Assembly: GCA_964247055.1 (NCBI GenBank)
Contig: OZ176051.1
Location: 10,602,001 to 10,666,000, forward strand
Source of the DNA: Paragordius varius
Lineage: Eukaryota > Animalia > Nematomorpha
Direction of reading: 5' to 3'
DNA length: 64,000 nucleotides
Every line of letters begins with the position of its first letter. Within the stretch, counting starts at the first letter, position 1. Positions 15,001 to 26,414 of the stretch are shown here, piece after piece. The notes under the pieces are model-generated. The model saw nothing but the letters and a program-made list of their open reading frames with translations. It was not told the DNA's origin and made no database searches. Both the position numbers and the translations under genes were made by a program.

Positions 15001-18000
15001 AAATACGTGGAATCTTTATTGAATTTTTACGGTCTCATACCTAGGGCGAAAAATCGATTTAAAAAATTATTTTTGTGGACTTTGTTTTTTTTTTGAAAAA
15101 AATGGCATTTTACGGGGGGAGCGGGTAAAAAGAGGGCCTAAATCAAAAAAGTGACTCGACTATGTTCGGCGCAATCGAAAATAAGTAAACAAAAATCATA
15201 TTTGAAATTGAATGGTCCAACACGTTCTCCAAAAAATTGACTTAACCCATTTTTCACACGGGGTGGGCCCAAACTGGGGACCTAATTCCAAAAAAGGGCG
15301 AAGCTATTGTCGGGGCATTCATTAATGATTAAATTTTTTCGATGTTTGGATTTGAATGGGTTCACCGGTTTTCCGGAAACAGATCACAAAGTTATATGAA
15401 AAATCAGTTTTTAGCGGGTAGCTCCTTACCCAGCAGCTATCATCAAATAAACGGTGGACTATAATTTTTGCCTTTTAACAGGAAATACGTGGAATCTTTA
15501 TTGAATTTTTTCGGTCTCATACCTAGGGCGAAAAATCGATTTAAAAAATTATTTTTGTGGACTTTTTTTTTTGAAAAAAATGGCATTTTACGGGGGGAGC
15601 GGGTAAAAAGTGGGCCTAAATCAAAAAAGTGACTCGACTATGTTCGGCGCAATCGAAAATAAGTAAACAAAAATCATATTTGAAATTGAATGGTCCAACA
15701 CGTTCTCCAAAAAATTGACTTAACCCATTTTTCACACGGGGTGGGCCCAAACTGGGGACCTAATTCCAAAAAAGGGCGAAGCTATTGTCGGGGCATTCAT
15801 TAATGATTAAATTTTTTCGATGTTTGGATTTGAATGGGTTCACCGGTTTTCCGGAAACAGATCACAAAGTTATATGAAAAATCAGTTTTTAGCGGGTAGC
15901 TCCTTACCCAGCAGCTATCATCAAATAAACGGTGGACTATAATTTCTGCCTTTTAACAGGAAATACGTGGATTCTTTATTGAATTTTTACGGTCTCATAC
16001 CTAGGGCGAAAAATCGATTTAAAAAATTATTTTTGTGGACTTTGTTTTTTTTTGAAAAAAATGGCATTTTACGGCGGGAGCGGGTAAAAAGAGGGCCTAA
16101 ATCAAAAAAGTGACTCGACTATGTTCGGCGCAATCGTAAATAAGTAAACAAAAATCATATTTGAAATTGAATGGTCCAACACGTTCTCCAAAAAATTGAC
16201 TTAACCCATTTTTCACACGGGGTGGGCCCAAACTGGGGACCTAATTCCAAAAAAGGGCGAAGCTATTGTCGGGGCATTCATTAATGATTAAATTTTTTCG
16301 ATGTTTGGATTTGAATGGGTTCACCGGTTTTCCGGAAACAGATCACAAAGTTATATGAAAAATCAGTTTTTAGCGGGTAGCTCCTTACCCAGCAACTATC
16401 ATCAAATAAACGGTGGACTATAATTTCTGCCTTTTAACAGGAAATACGTGGAATCTTTATTGAATTTTTATGGTCTCATACCTAGGGCGAAAAATCGATT
16501 TAAAAAATTATTTTTGTGGACTTTTTTTTTTGAAAAAAATGGCATTTTACGGGGGGAGCGGGTAAAAAGAGGGCCTAAATCAAAAAAGTGACTCGACTAT
16601 GTTCGGCGCAATCGAAAATAAGTAAACAAAAATCATATTTGAAATTGAATGGTCCAACACGTTCTCCAAAAAATTGACTTAACCCATTTTTCACACGGGG
16701 TGGGCCCAAACTGGGGACCTAATTCCAAAAAAGGGCGAAGCTATTGTCGGGGCATTCATTAATGATTAAATTTTTTCGATGTTTGGATTTGAATGGGTTC
16801 ACCGGTTTTCCGGAAACAGATCACAAAGTTATATGAAAAATCAGTTTTTAGCGGGTAGCTCCTTACCCAGCAGCTATCATCAAATAAACGGTGGACTATA
16901 ATTTCTGCCTTTTAACAGGAAATACGTGGATTCTTTATTGAATTTTTACGGTCTCATACCTAGGGCGAAAAATCGATTTAAAAAATTATTTTTGTGGACT
17001 TTGTTTTTTTTTGAAAAAAATGGCATTTTACGGCGGGAGCGGGTAAAAAGAGGGCCTAAATTAAAAGACTCGACTATGTTCGGCGCAATCGTAAATAAGT
17101 AAACAAAAATCATATTTGAAATTGAATGGTCCAACACGTTCTCCAAAAAATTGACTTAACCCATTTTTCACACGGGGTGGGCCCAAACTGGGGACCTAAT
17201 TCCAAAAAAGGGCGAAGCTATTGTCGGGGCATTCATTAATGATAAAATTTTTTCGATGTTTGGATTTGAATGGGTTCACCGGTTTTCCGGAAACAGATCA
17301 CAAAGTTATATGAAAAATCAGTTTTTAGCGGGTAGCTCCTTACCCAGCAACTATCATCAAATAAACGGTGGACTATAATTTCTGCCTTTTAACAGGAAAT
17401 ACGTGGAATCTTTATTGAATTTTTATGGTCTCATACCTAGGGCGAAAAATCGATTTAAAAAATTATTTTTGTGGACTTTTTTTTTTGAAAAAAATGGCAT
17501 TTTACGGGGGGAGCGGGTAAAAAGAGGGCCTAAATCAAAAAAGTGACTCGACTATGTTCGGCGCAATCGAAAATAAGTAAACAAAAATCATATTTGAAAT
17601 TGAATGGTCCAACACGTTCTCCAAAAAATTGACTTAACCCATTTTTCACACGGGGTGGGCCCAAACTGGGGACCTAATTCCAAAAAAGGGCGAAGCTATT
17701 GTCGGGGCATTCATTAATGATTAAATTTTTTCGATGTTTGGATTTGAATGGGTTCACCGGTTTTCCGGAAACAGATCACAAAGTTATATGAAAAATCAGT
17801 TTTTAGCGGGTAGCTCCTTACCCAGCAGCTATCATCAAATAAACGGTGGACTATAATTTCTGCCTTTTAACAGGAAATACGTGGATTCTTTATTGAATTT
17901 TTACGGTCTCATACCTAGGGCGAAAAATCGATTTAAAAAATTATTTTTGTGGACTTTGTTTTTTTTTGAAAAAAATGGCATTTTACGGCGGGAGCGGGTA

Positions 18001-21000
18001 AAAAGAGGGCCTAAATTAAAAGACTCGACTATGTTCGGCGCAATCGTAAATAAGTAAACAAAAATCATATTTGAAATTGAATGGTCCAACACGTTCTCCA
18101 AAAAATTGACTTAACCCATTTTTCACACGGGGTGGGCCCAAACTGGGGACCTAATTCCAAAAAAGGGCGAAGCTATTGTCGGGGCATTCATTAATGATAA
18201 AATTTTTTCGATGTTTGGATTTGAATGGGTTCACCGGTTTTCCGGAAACAGATCACAAAGTTATATGAAAAATCAGTTTTTAGCGGGTAGCTCCTTACCC
18301 AGCAACTATCATCAAATAAACGGTGGACTATAATTTCTGCCTTTTAACAGGAAATACGTGGAATCTTTATTGAATTTTTATGGTCTCATACCTAGGGCGA
18401 AAAATCGATTTAAAAAATTATTTTTGTGGACTTTTTTTTTTGAAAAAAATGGCATTTTACGGGGGGAGCGGGTAAAAAGAGGGCCTAAATCAAAAAAGTG
18501 ACTCGACTATGTTCGGCGCAATCGAAAATAAGTAAACAAAAATCATATTTGAAATTGAATGGTCCAACACGTTCTCCAAAAAATTGACTTAACCCATTTT
18601 TCACACGGGGTGGGCCCAAACTGGGGACCTAATTCCAAAAAAGGGCGAAGCTATTGTCGGGGCATTCATTAATGATTAAATTTTTTCGATGTTTGGATTT
18701 GAATGGGTTCACCGGTTTTCCGGAAACAGATCACAAAGTTATATGAAAAATCAGTTTTTAGCGGGTAGCTCCTTACCCAGCAGCTATCATCAAATAAACG
18801 GTGGACTATAATTTCTGCCTTTTAACAGGAAATACGTGGATTCTTTATTGAATTTTTACGGTCTCATACCTAGGGCGAAAAATCGATTTAAAAAATTATT
18901 TTTGTGGACTTTGTTTTTTTTTGAAAAAAATGGCATTTTACGGCGGGAGCGGGTAAAAAGAGGGCCTAAATCAAAAAAGTGACTCGACTATGTTCGGCGC
19001 AATCGAAAATAAGTAAACAAAAATCATATTTGAAATTGAATGGTCCAACACGTTCTCCAAAAAATTGACTTAACCCATTTTTCACACGGGGTGGGCCCAA
19101 ACTGGGGACCTAATTCCAAAAAAGGGCGAAGCTATTGTCGGGGCATTCATTAATGATAAAATTTTTTCGATGTTTGGATTTGAATGGGTTCACCGGTTTT
19201 CCGGAAACAGATCACAAAGTTATATGAAAAATCAGTTTTTAGCGGGTAGCTCCTTACCCAGCAGCTATCATCAAATAAACGGTGGACTATAATTTTTGCC
19301 TTTTAACAGGAAATACGTGGAATCTTTATTGAATTTTTTCGGTCTCATACCTAGGGCGAAAAATCGATTTAAAAAATTATTTTTGTGGACTTTGTTTTTT
19401 TTTGAAAAAAATGGCATTTTACGGCGGGAGCGGGTAAAAAGAGGGCCTAAATTAAAAAAGTGACTCGACTATGTTCGGCGCAATCGAAAATAAGTAAACA
19501 AAAATCATATTTGAAATTGAATGGTCCAACACGTTCTCCAAAAAATTGACTTAACCCATTTTTCACACGGGGTGGGCCCAAACTGGGGACCTAATTCCAA
19601 AAAAGGGCGAAGCTATTGTCGGGGCATTCATTAATGATTAAATTTTTTCGATGTTTGGATTTGAATGGGTTCACCGGTTTTCCGGAAACAGATCACAAAG
19701 TTATATGAAAAATCAGTTTTTAGCGGGTAGCTCCTTACCCAGCAGCTATCATCAAATAAACGGTGGACTATAATTTCTGCCTTTTAACAGGAAATACGTG
19801 GATTCTTTATTGAATTTTTACGGTCTCATACCTAGGGCGAAAAATCGATTTAAAAAATTATTTTTGTGGACTTTGTTTTTTTTTGAAAAAAATGGCATTT
19901 TACGGCGGGAGCGGGTAAAAAGAGGGCCTAAATTAAAAAAGTGACTCGACTATGTTCGGCGCAATCGAAAATAAGTAAACAAAAATCATATTTGAAATTG
20001 AATGGTCCAACACGTTCTCCAAAAAATTGACTTAACCCATTTTTCACACGGGGTGGGCCCAAACTGGGGACCTAATTCCAAAAAAGGGCGAAGCTATTGT
20101 CGGGGCATTCATTAATGATTAAATTTTTTTGATGTTTGGATTTGAATGGGTTTACCGGTTTTCCGGAAACAGATCACAAAGTTATATGAAAAATCAGTTT
20201 TTAGCGGGTAGCTCCTTACCCAGCAGCTATCATCAAATAAACGGTGGACTATAATTTTTGCCTTTTAACAGGAAATACGTGGAATCTTTATTGAATTTTT
20301 TCGGTCTCATACCTAGGGCGAAAAATCGATTTAAAAAATTATTTTTGTGGACTTTGTTTTTTTTTGAAAAAATGGCATTTTACGGCGGGAGCGGGTAAAA
20401 AGAGGGCCTAAATCAAAAAAGTGACTCGACTATGTTCGGCGCAATCGAAAATAAGTAAACAAAAATCATATTTGAAATTGAATGGTCCAACACGTTCTCC
20501 AAAAAATTGACTTAACCCATTTTTCACACGGGGTGGGCCCAAACTGGGGACCTAATTCCAAAAAAGGGCGAAGCTATTGTCGGGGCATTCATTAATGATT
20601 AAATTTTTTCGATGTTTGGATTTGAATGGGTTCACCGGTTTTCCCGAAACAGATCACAAAGTTATATGAAAAATCAGTTTTTAGCGGGTAGCTCCTTACC
20701 CAGCAGCTATCATCAAATAAACGGTGGACTATAATTTCTGCCTTTTAACAGGAAATACGTGGATTCTTTATTGAATTTTTACGGTCTCATACCTAGGGCG
20801 AAAAATCGATTTAAAAAATTATTTTTGTGGACTTTGTTTTTTTTTGAAATAATGGCATTTTACGGCGGGAGCGGGTAAAAAGAGGGCCTAAATCAAAAAA
20901 GTGACTCGACTATGTTCGGCGCAATCGAAAATAAGTAAACAAAAATCATATTTGAAATTGAATGGTCCAACACGTTCTCCAAAAAATTGACTTAACCCAT

Positions 21001-24000
21001 TTTTCACACGGGGTGGGCCCAAACTGGGGACCTAATTCCAAAAGAAGCTATTGTCGGGGCATTCATTAATGATTAAATTTTTTCGATGTTTGGATTTGAA
21101 TGGGTTCACCGGTTTTCCGGAAACAGATCACAAAGTTATATGAAAAATCAGTTTTTAGCGGGTAGCTCCTTACCCAGCAGCTCTCATCAAATAAACGGTG
21201 GACTATAATTTTTGCCTTTTAACAGGAAATACGTGGAATCTTTATTGAATTTTTTCGGTCTCATACCTAGGGCGAAAAATCGATTTAAAAAATTATTTTT
21301 GTGGACTTTGTTTTTTTTTGAAAAAATGGCATTTTACGGCGGGAGCGGGTAAAAAGAGGGCCTAAATCAAAAAAGTGACTCGACTATGTTCGGCGCAATC
21401 GAAAATAAGTAAACAAAAATCATATTTGAAATTGAATGGTCCAACACGTTCTCCAAAAAATTGACTTAACCCATTTTTCACACGGGGTGGGCCCAAACTG
21501 GGGACCTAATTCCAAAAGAAGCTATTGTCGGGGCATTCATTAATGATTAAATTTTTTCGATGTTTGGATTTGAATGGGTTCACCGGTTTTCCGGAAACAG
21601 ATCACAAAGTTATATGAAAAATCAGTTTTTAGCGGGTAGCTCCTTACCCAGCAGCTATCATCAAATAAACGGTGGACTATAATTTCTGCCTTTTAACAGG
21701 AAATACGTGGAATCTTTATTGAATTTTTTCGGTCTCATACCTAGGGCGAAAAATCGATTTAAAAAATTATTTTTGTGGACTTTGTTTTTTTTTGAAAAAA
21801 TGGCATTTTACGGCGGGAGCGGGTAAAAAGAGGGCCTAAATCAAAAAAGTGACTCGACTATGTTCGGCGCAATCGAAAATAAGTAAACAAAAATCATATT
21901 TGAAATTGAATGGTCCAACACGTTCTCCAAAAAATTGACTTAACCCATTTTTCACACGGGGTGGGCCCAAACTGGGGACCTAATTCCAAAAAAGGGCGAA
22001 GCTATTGTCGGGGCATTCATTAATGATTAAATTTTTTCGATGTTTGGATTTGAATGGGTTCACCGGTTTTCCCGAAACAGATCACAAAGTTATATGAAAA
22101 ATCAGTTTTTAGCGGGTAGCTCCTTACCCAGCAGCTATCATCAAATAAACGGTGGACTATAATTTCTGCCTTTTAACAGGAAATACGTGGAATCTTTATT
22201 GAATTTTTACGGTCTCATACCTAGGGCGAAAAATCGATTTAAAAAATTATTTTTGTGGACTTTGTTTTTTTTTGAAAAAATGGCATTTTACGGCGGGAGC
22301 GGGTAAAAAGAGGGCCTAAATCAAAAAAGTGACTCGACTATGTTCGGCGCAATCGAAAATAAGTAAACAAAAATCATATTTGAAATTGAATGGTCCAACA
22401 CGTTCTCCAAAAAATTGACTTAACCCATTTTTCACACGGGGTGGGCCCAAACTGGGGACCTAATTCCAAAAGAAGCTATTGTCGGGGCATTCATTAATGA
22501 TTAAATTTTTTCGATGTTTGGATTTGAATGGGTTCACCGGTTTTCCGGAAACAGATCACAAAGTTATATGAAAAATCAGTTTTTAGCGGGTAGCTCCTTA
22601 CCCAGCAGCTCTCATCAAATAAACGGTGGACTATAATTTTTGCCTTTTAACAGGAAATACGTGGAATCTTTATTGAATTTTTTCGGTCTCATACCTAGGG
22701 CGAAAAATCGATTTAAAAAATTATTTTTGTGGACTTTGTTTTTTTTTGAAAAAATGGCATTTTACGGCGGGAGCGGGTAAAAAGAGGGCCTAAATCAAAA
22801 AAGTGACTCGACTATGTTCGGCGCAATCGAAAATAAGTAAACAAAAATCATATTTGAAATTGAATGGTCCAACACGTTCTCCAAAAAATTGACTTAACCC
22901 ATTTTTCACACGGGGTGGGCCCAAACTGGGGACCTAATTCCAAAAGAAGCTATTGTCGGGGCATTCATTAATGATTAAATTTTTTCGATGTTTGGATTTG
23001 AATGGGTTCACCGGTTTTCCGGAAACAGATCACAAAGTTATATGAAAAATCAGTTTTTAGCGGGTAGCTCCTTACCCAGCAGCTATCATCAAATAAACGG
23101 TGGACTATAATTTCTGCCTTTTAACAGGAAATACGTGGAATCTTTATTGAATTTTTTCGGTCTCATACCTAGGGCGAAAAATCGATTTAAAAAATTATTT
23201 TTGTGGACTTTGTTTTTTTTTGAAAAAATGGCATTTTACGGCGGGAGCGGGTAAAAAGAGGGCCTAAATCAAAAAAGTGACTCGACTATGTTCGGCGCAA
23301 TCGAAAATAAGTAAACAAAAATCATATTTGAAATTGAATGGTCCAACACGTTCTCCAAAAAATTGACTTAACCCATTTTTCACACGGGGTGGGCCCAAAC
23401 TGGGGACCTAATTCCAAAAAAGGGCGAAGCTATTGTCGGGGCATTCATTAATGATTAAATTTTTTCGATGTTTGGATTTGAATGGGTTCACCGGTTTTCC
23501 CGAAACAGATCACAAAGTTATATGAAAAATCAGTTTTTAGCGGGTAGCTCCTTACCCAGCAGCTATCATCAAATAAACGGTGGACTATAATTTCTGCCTT
23601 TTAACAGGAAATACGTGGAATCTTTATTGAATTTTTACGGTCTCATACCTAGGGCGAAAAATCGATTTAAAAAATTATTTTTGTGGACTTTGTTTTTTTT
23701 TGAAAAAAATGGCATTTTACGGCGGGAGCGGGTAAAAAGAGGGCCTAAATCAAAAAAGTGACTCGACTATGTTCGGCGCAATCGAAAATAAGTAAACAAA
23801 AATCATATTTGAAATTGAATGGTCCAACACGTTCTCCAAAAAATTGACTTAACCCATTTTTCACACGGGGTGGGCCCAAACTGGGGACCTAATTCCAAAA
23901 GAAGCTATTGTCGGGGCATTCATTAATGATTAAATTTTTTCGATGTTTGGATTTAAATGGGTTCACCGGTTTTCCGGAAACAGATCACAAAGTTATATGA

Positions 24001-25273
24001 AAAATCAGTTTTTAGCGGGTAGCTCCTTACCCAGCAGCTATCATCAAATAAACGGTGGACTATAATTTCTGCCTTTTAACAGGAAATACGTGGAATCTTT
24101 ATTGAATTTTTACGGTCTCATGCCTAGGGCGAAAAATCGATTTAAAAAATTATTTTTGTGGACTTTGTTTTTTTTGAAAAAAATGGCATTTTACGGCGGG
24201 AGCGGGTAAAAAGAGGGCCTAAATCAAAAAAGTGACTCGACTATGTTCGGCACAATCGAAAATAAGTAAACAAAAATCATATTTGAAATTGAATGGTCCA
24301 ACACGTTCTCCAAAAAATTGACTTAACCCATTTTTCACACGGGGTGGGCCCAAACTGGGGACCTAATTCCAAAAAAGGGCGAAGCTATTGTCGGGGCATT
24401 CATTAATGATTAAATTTTTTCGATGTTTGGATTTGAATGGGTTCACCGGTTTTCCGGAAACAGATCACAAAGTTATATGAAAAATCAGTTTTTAGCGGGT
24501 AGCTCCTTACCCAGCAGCTATCATCAAATAAACGGTGGACTATAATTTCTGCCTTTTAACAGGAAATACGTGGAATCTTTATTGAATTTTTACGGTCTCA
24601 TACCTAGGGCGAAAAATCGATTTAAAAAATTATTTTTGTGGACTTTGTTTTTTTTTTGAAAAAAATGGCATTTTACGGGGGGAGCGGGTAAAAAGAGGGC
24701 CTAAATCAAAAAAGTGACTCGACTATGTTCGGCGCAATCGAAAATAAGTAAACAAAAATCATATTTGAAATTGAATGGTCCAACACGTTCTCCAAAAAAT
24801 TGACTTAACCCATTTTTCACACGGGGTGGGCCCAAACTGGGGACCTAATTCCAAAAAAGGGCGAAGCTATTGTCGGGGCATTCATTAATGATTAAATTTT
24901 TTCGATGTTTGGATTTGAATGGGTTCACCGGTTTTCCCGAAACAGATCACAAAGTTATATGAAAAATCAGTTTTTAGCGGGTAGCTCCTTACCCAGCAGC
25001 TATCATCAAATAAACGGTGGACTATAATTTCTGCCTTTTAACAGGAAATACGTGGAATCTTTATTGAATTTTTACGGTCTCATGCCTAGGGCGAAAAATC
25101 GATTTAAAAAATTATTTTTGTGGACTTTGTTTTTTTTGAAAAAAATGGCATTTTACGGCGGGAGCGGGTAAAAAGAGGGCCTAAATCAAAAAAGTGACTC
25201 GACTATGTTCGGCACAATCGAAAATAAGTAAACAAAAATCATATTTGAAATTGAATGGTCCAACACGTTCTCC
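1..25273. repeat. Tandem satellite array, ~481-bp monomer, 52 full copies plus part of a 53rd; probably continues left of the window
   Basis: The motif gaaaaatcagtttttagcgggtagc recurs at 1, 483, 959, 1437, 1918, 2400 ... 23999, 24479, 24961. Periods are 474-482 bp. Copies differ only by a few SNPs, T-run length and 4-6 bp deletions. Monomer 1 is ~37% GC by manual count, higher than the AT-rich flank. Confidence 0.99.
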
Positions 25274-25462
25274 GGAAAATTGTCTGATTTTGTGGACTTC
25301 TGTTTTTAAAAAAAAACCCGTTTTTCATACGGGGTGGGCCCGAACCGGGAGCTTATTTCAAAAAAAGGGCGAAGCTATTGTCGGGACATTTATTAATGAT
25401 TATATTTTTTTGATATTTGGATTTGATTGGGTCTACCGGTTTTCTTGTACCAGATCACAAAG
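25274..25462. repeat. Diverged terminal satellite monomer at the array edge, with a 28-bp segment absent from the array copies
   Basis: Still aligns to the monomer (ggggtgggccc, aaaaaagggcgaagctattgtcggg, cagatcacaaag) but with many substitutions. caacacgttc to ggggtggg spans 70 bp here versus 42 bp in array copies. Confidence 0.9.
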
Positions 25463-26379
25463 CTAGCATTTTCCATTTTTATAAATATATAGATTAAAAA
25501 AATTATTTAACGTCATAAAGCGATATATATTATGGTTTTTTTAATGAGTTTAATAAATTACTGATTTTGTAAACATATCTCAATAGATTCTTTAGTTTTT
25601 CCCGGGCCGCACAAAAGACGCCTTACATGTTAAACCTGTATGATTGATTTTTAATTACGAAATCGACTATGAAAAAATGATACTTTAGAATGTTTGTGAT
25701 TTTCGGGATTCTTTATTTAAAAGTGAGAGGCCTCTTATTATTATGCAACTAATAAGGAAATTTTCTTTAAAACGTGATGATTTTACACAGCTAGCCAGAG
25801 AAGTAAACATATAAAGTTATTTCCACCATGATTCCATTTATTGAAGGTGAGATGTCTATATGTTAGAGAAAAAATTAAAAAAGAAAGCGTTTTTCGTTTG
25901 AAGTTCGAAAAGCGCTCAACTATGAATCTTTTTCTTGTTAGGACAAATACGGACCATTAAGTTCATATGTTCTTTTAAACTTTTTGCATAAAATTAGTTT
26001 TCAAATAATTATTTTATATGGCTTGTTTTTTGCAAAAATCGTAATTTTACTGAAGTAAATACAGAGGCCATTTTGATATTTGAGTCGACTTTCTTTTGAG
26101 CATTCACACATTAAAATTTTCTTTTTTAAGCCCCGTTTTCCACAAAATTGTTTTAAAGACGATTTTTGGGGATTTTTCTATACATTAAATATTACCCCCC
26201 AATTTTAACCAAAAGTAGGGCCCGACTACAGAGTTTATAAGTGAGTAGATTAGGATCGGTGTTTTCATAAATAGAAAAATAAAAAAATATCCTTCATTTC
26301 CAAATTGCTTAAAAGTCAAAATTCCACTTTTTTATAATTATATATAAATTTTTAAATTAAAAAATATGTGTTTATTCAT

Positions 26380-26414
26380 TTATTTAAACACTGCTATGCG
26401 GTTGGTTATAAAAC
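26380..26414 (-). CDS. Candidate terminal exon (FITNRIAVFK*) followed by AATAAA
   Basis: TTTTAG acceptor, phase-1 entry matching the module 9 last exon, TAA at 26382-26380, AATAAA a few nt downstream. An alternative terminal exon at 26662-26675 (VEVQ*) also fits. Confidence 0.4.

Noticed and set aside
16946-18101. Two identical 66-aa minus-strand ORFs (16946-17146, 17901-18101)
   Set aside because: They lie in satellite monomers 36 and 38, where a 4-bp deletion happens to open a frame. They reflect the 955-bp dimer duplication, not a gene.
1-25273. CRISPR array, rDNA/5S, tRNA, snRNA or SL-RNA repeat
   Set aside because: There are no unique spacers and no recognisable rRNA or tRNA structure. 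The ATTTTTGTGG tract only loosely resembles an Sm site, and short hairpins (gggta..taccc, ccggttttccgg) are not enough to call an RNA gene.
25194-25466. 90-aa plus-strand ORF at the array edge
   Set aside because: It is the diverged terminal monomer read through; GTG start, low-complexity product, no homology recognised.
25791-25846. Plus-strand AG/GT-bounded segment with CCACCATG
   Set aside because: All three frames have stops before the ATG and no downstream plus-strand exon chain was found. It may be chance.
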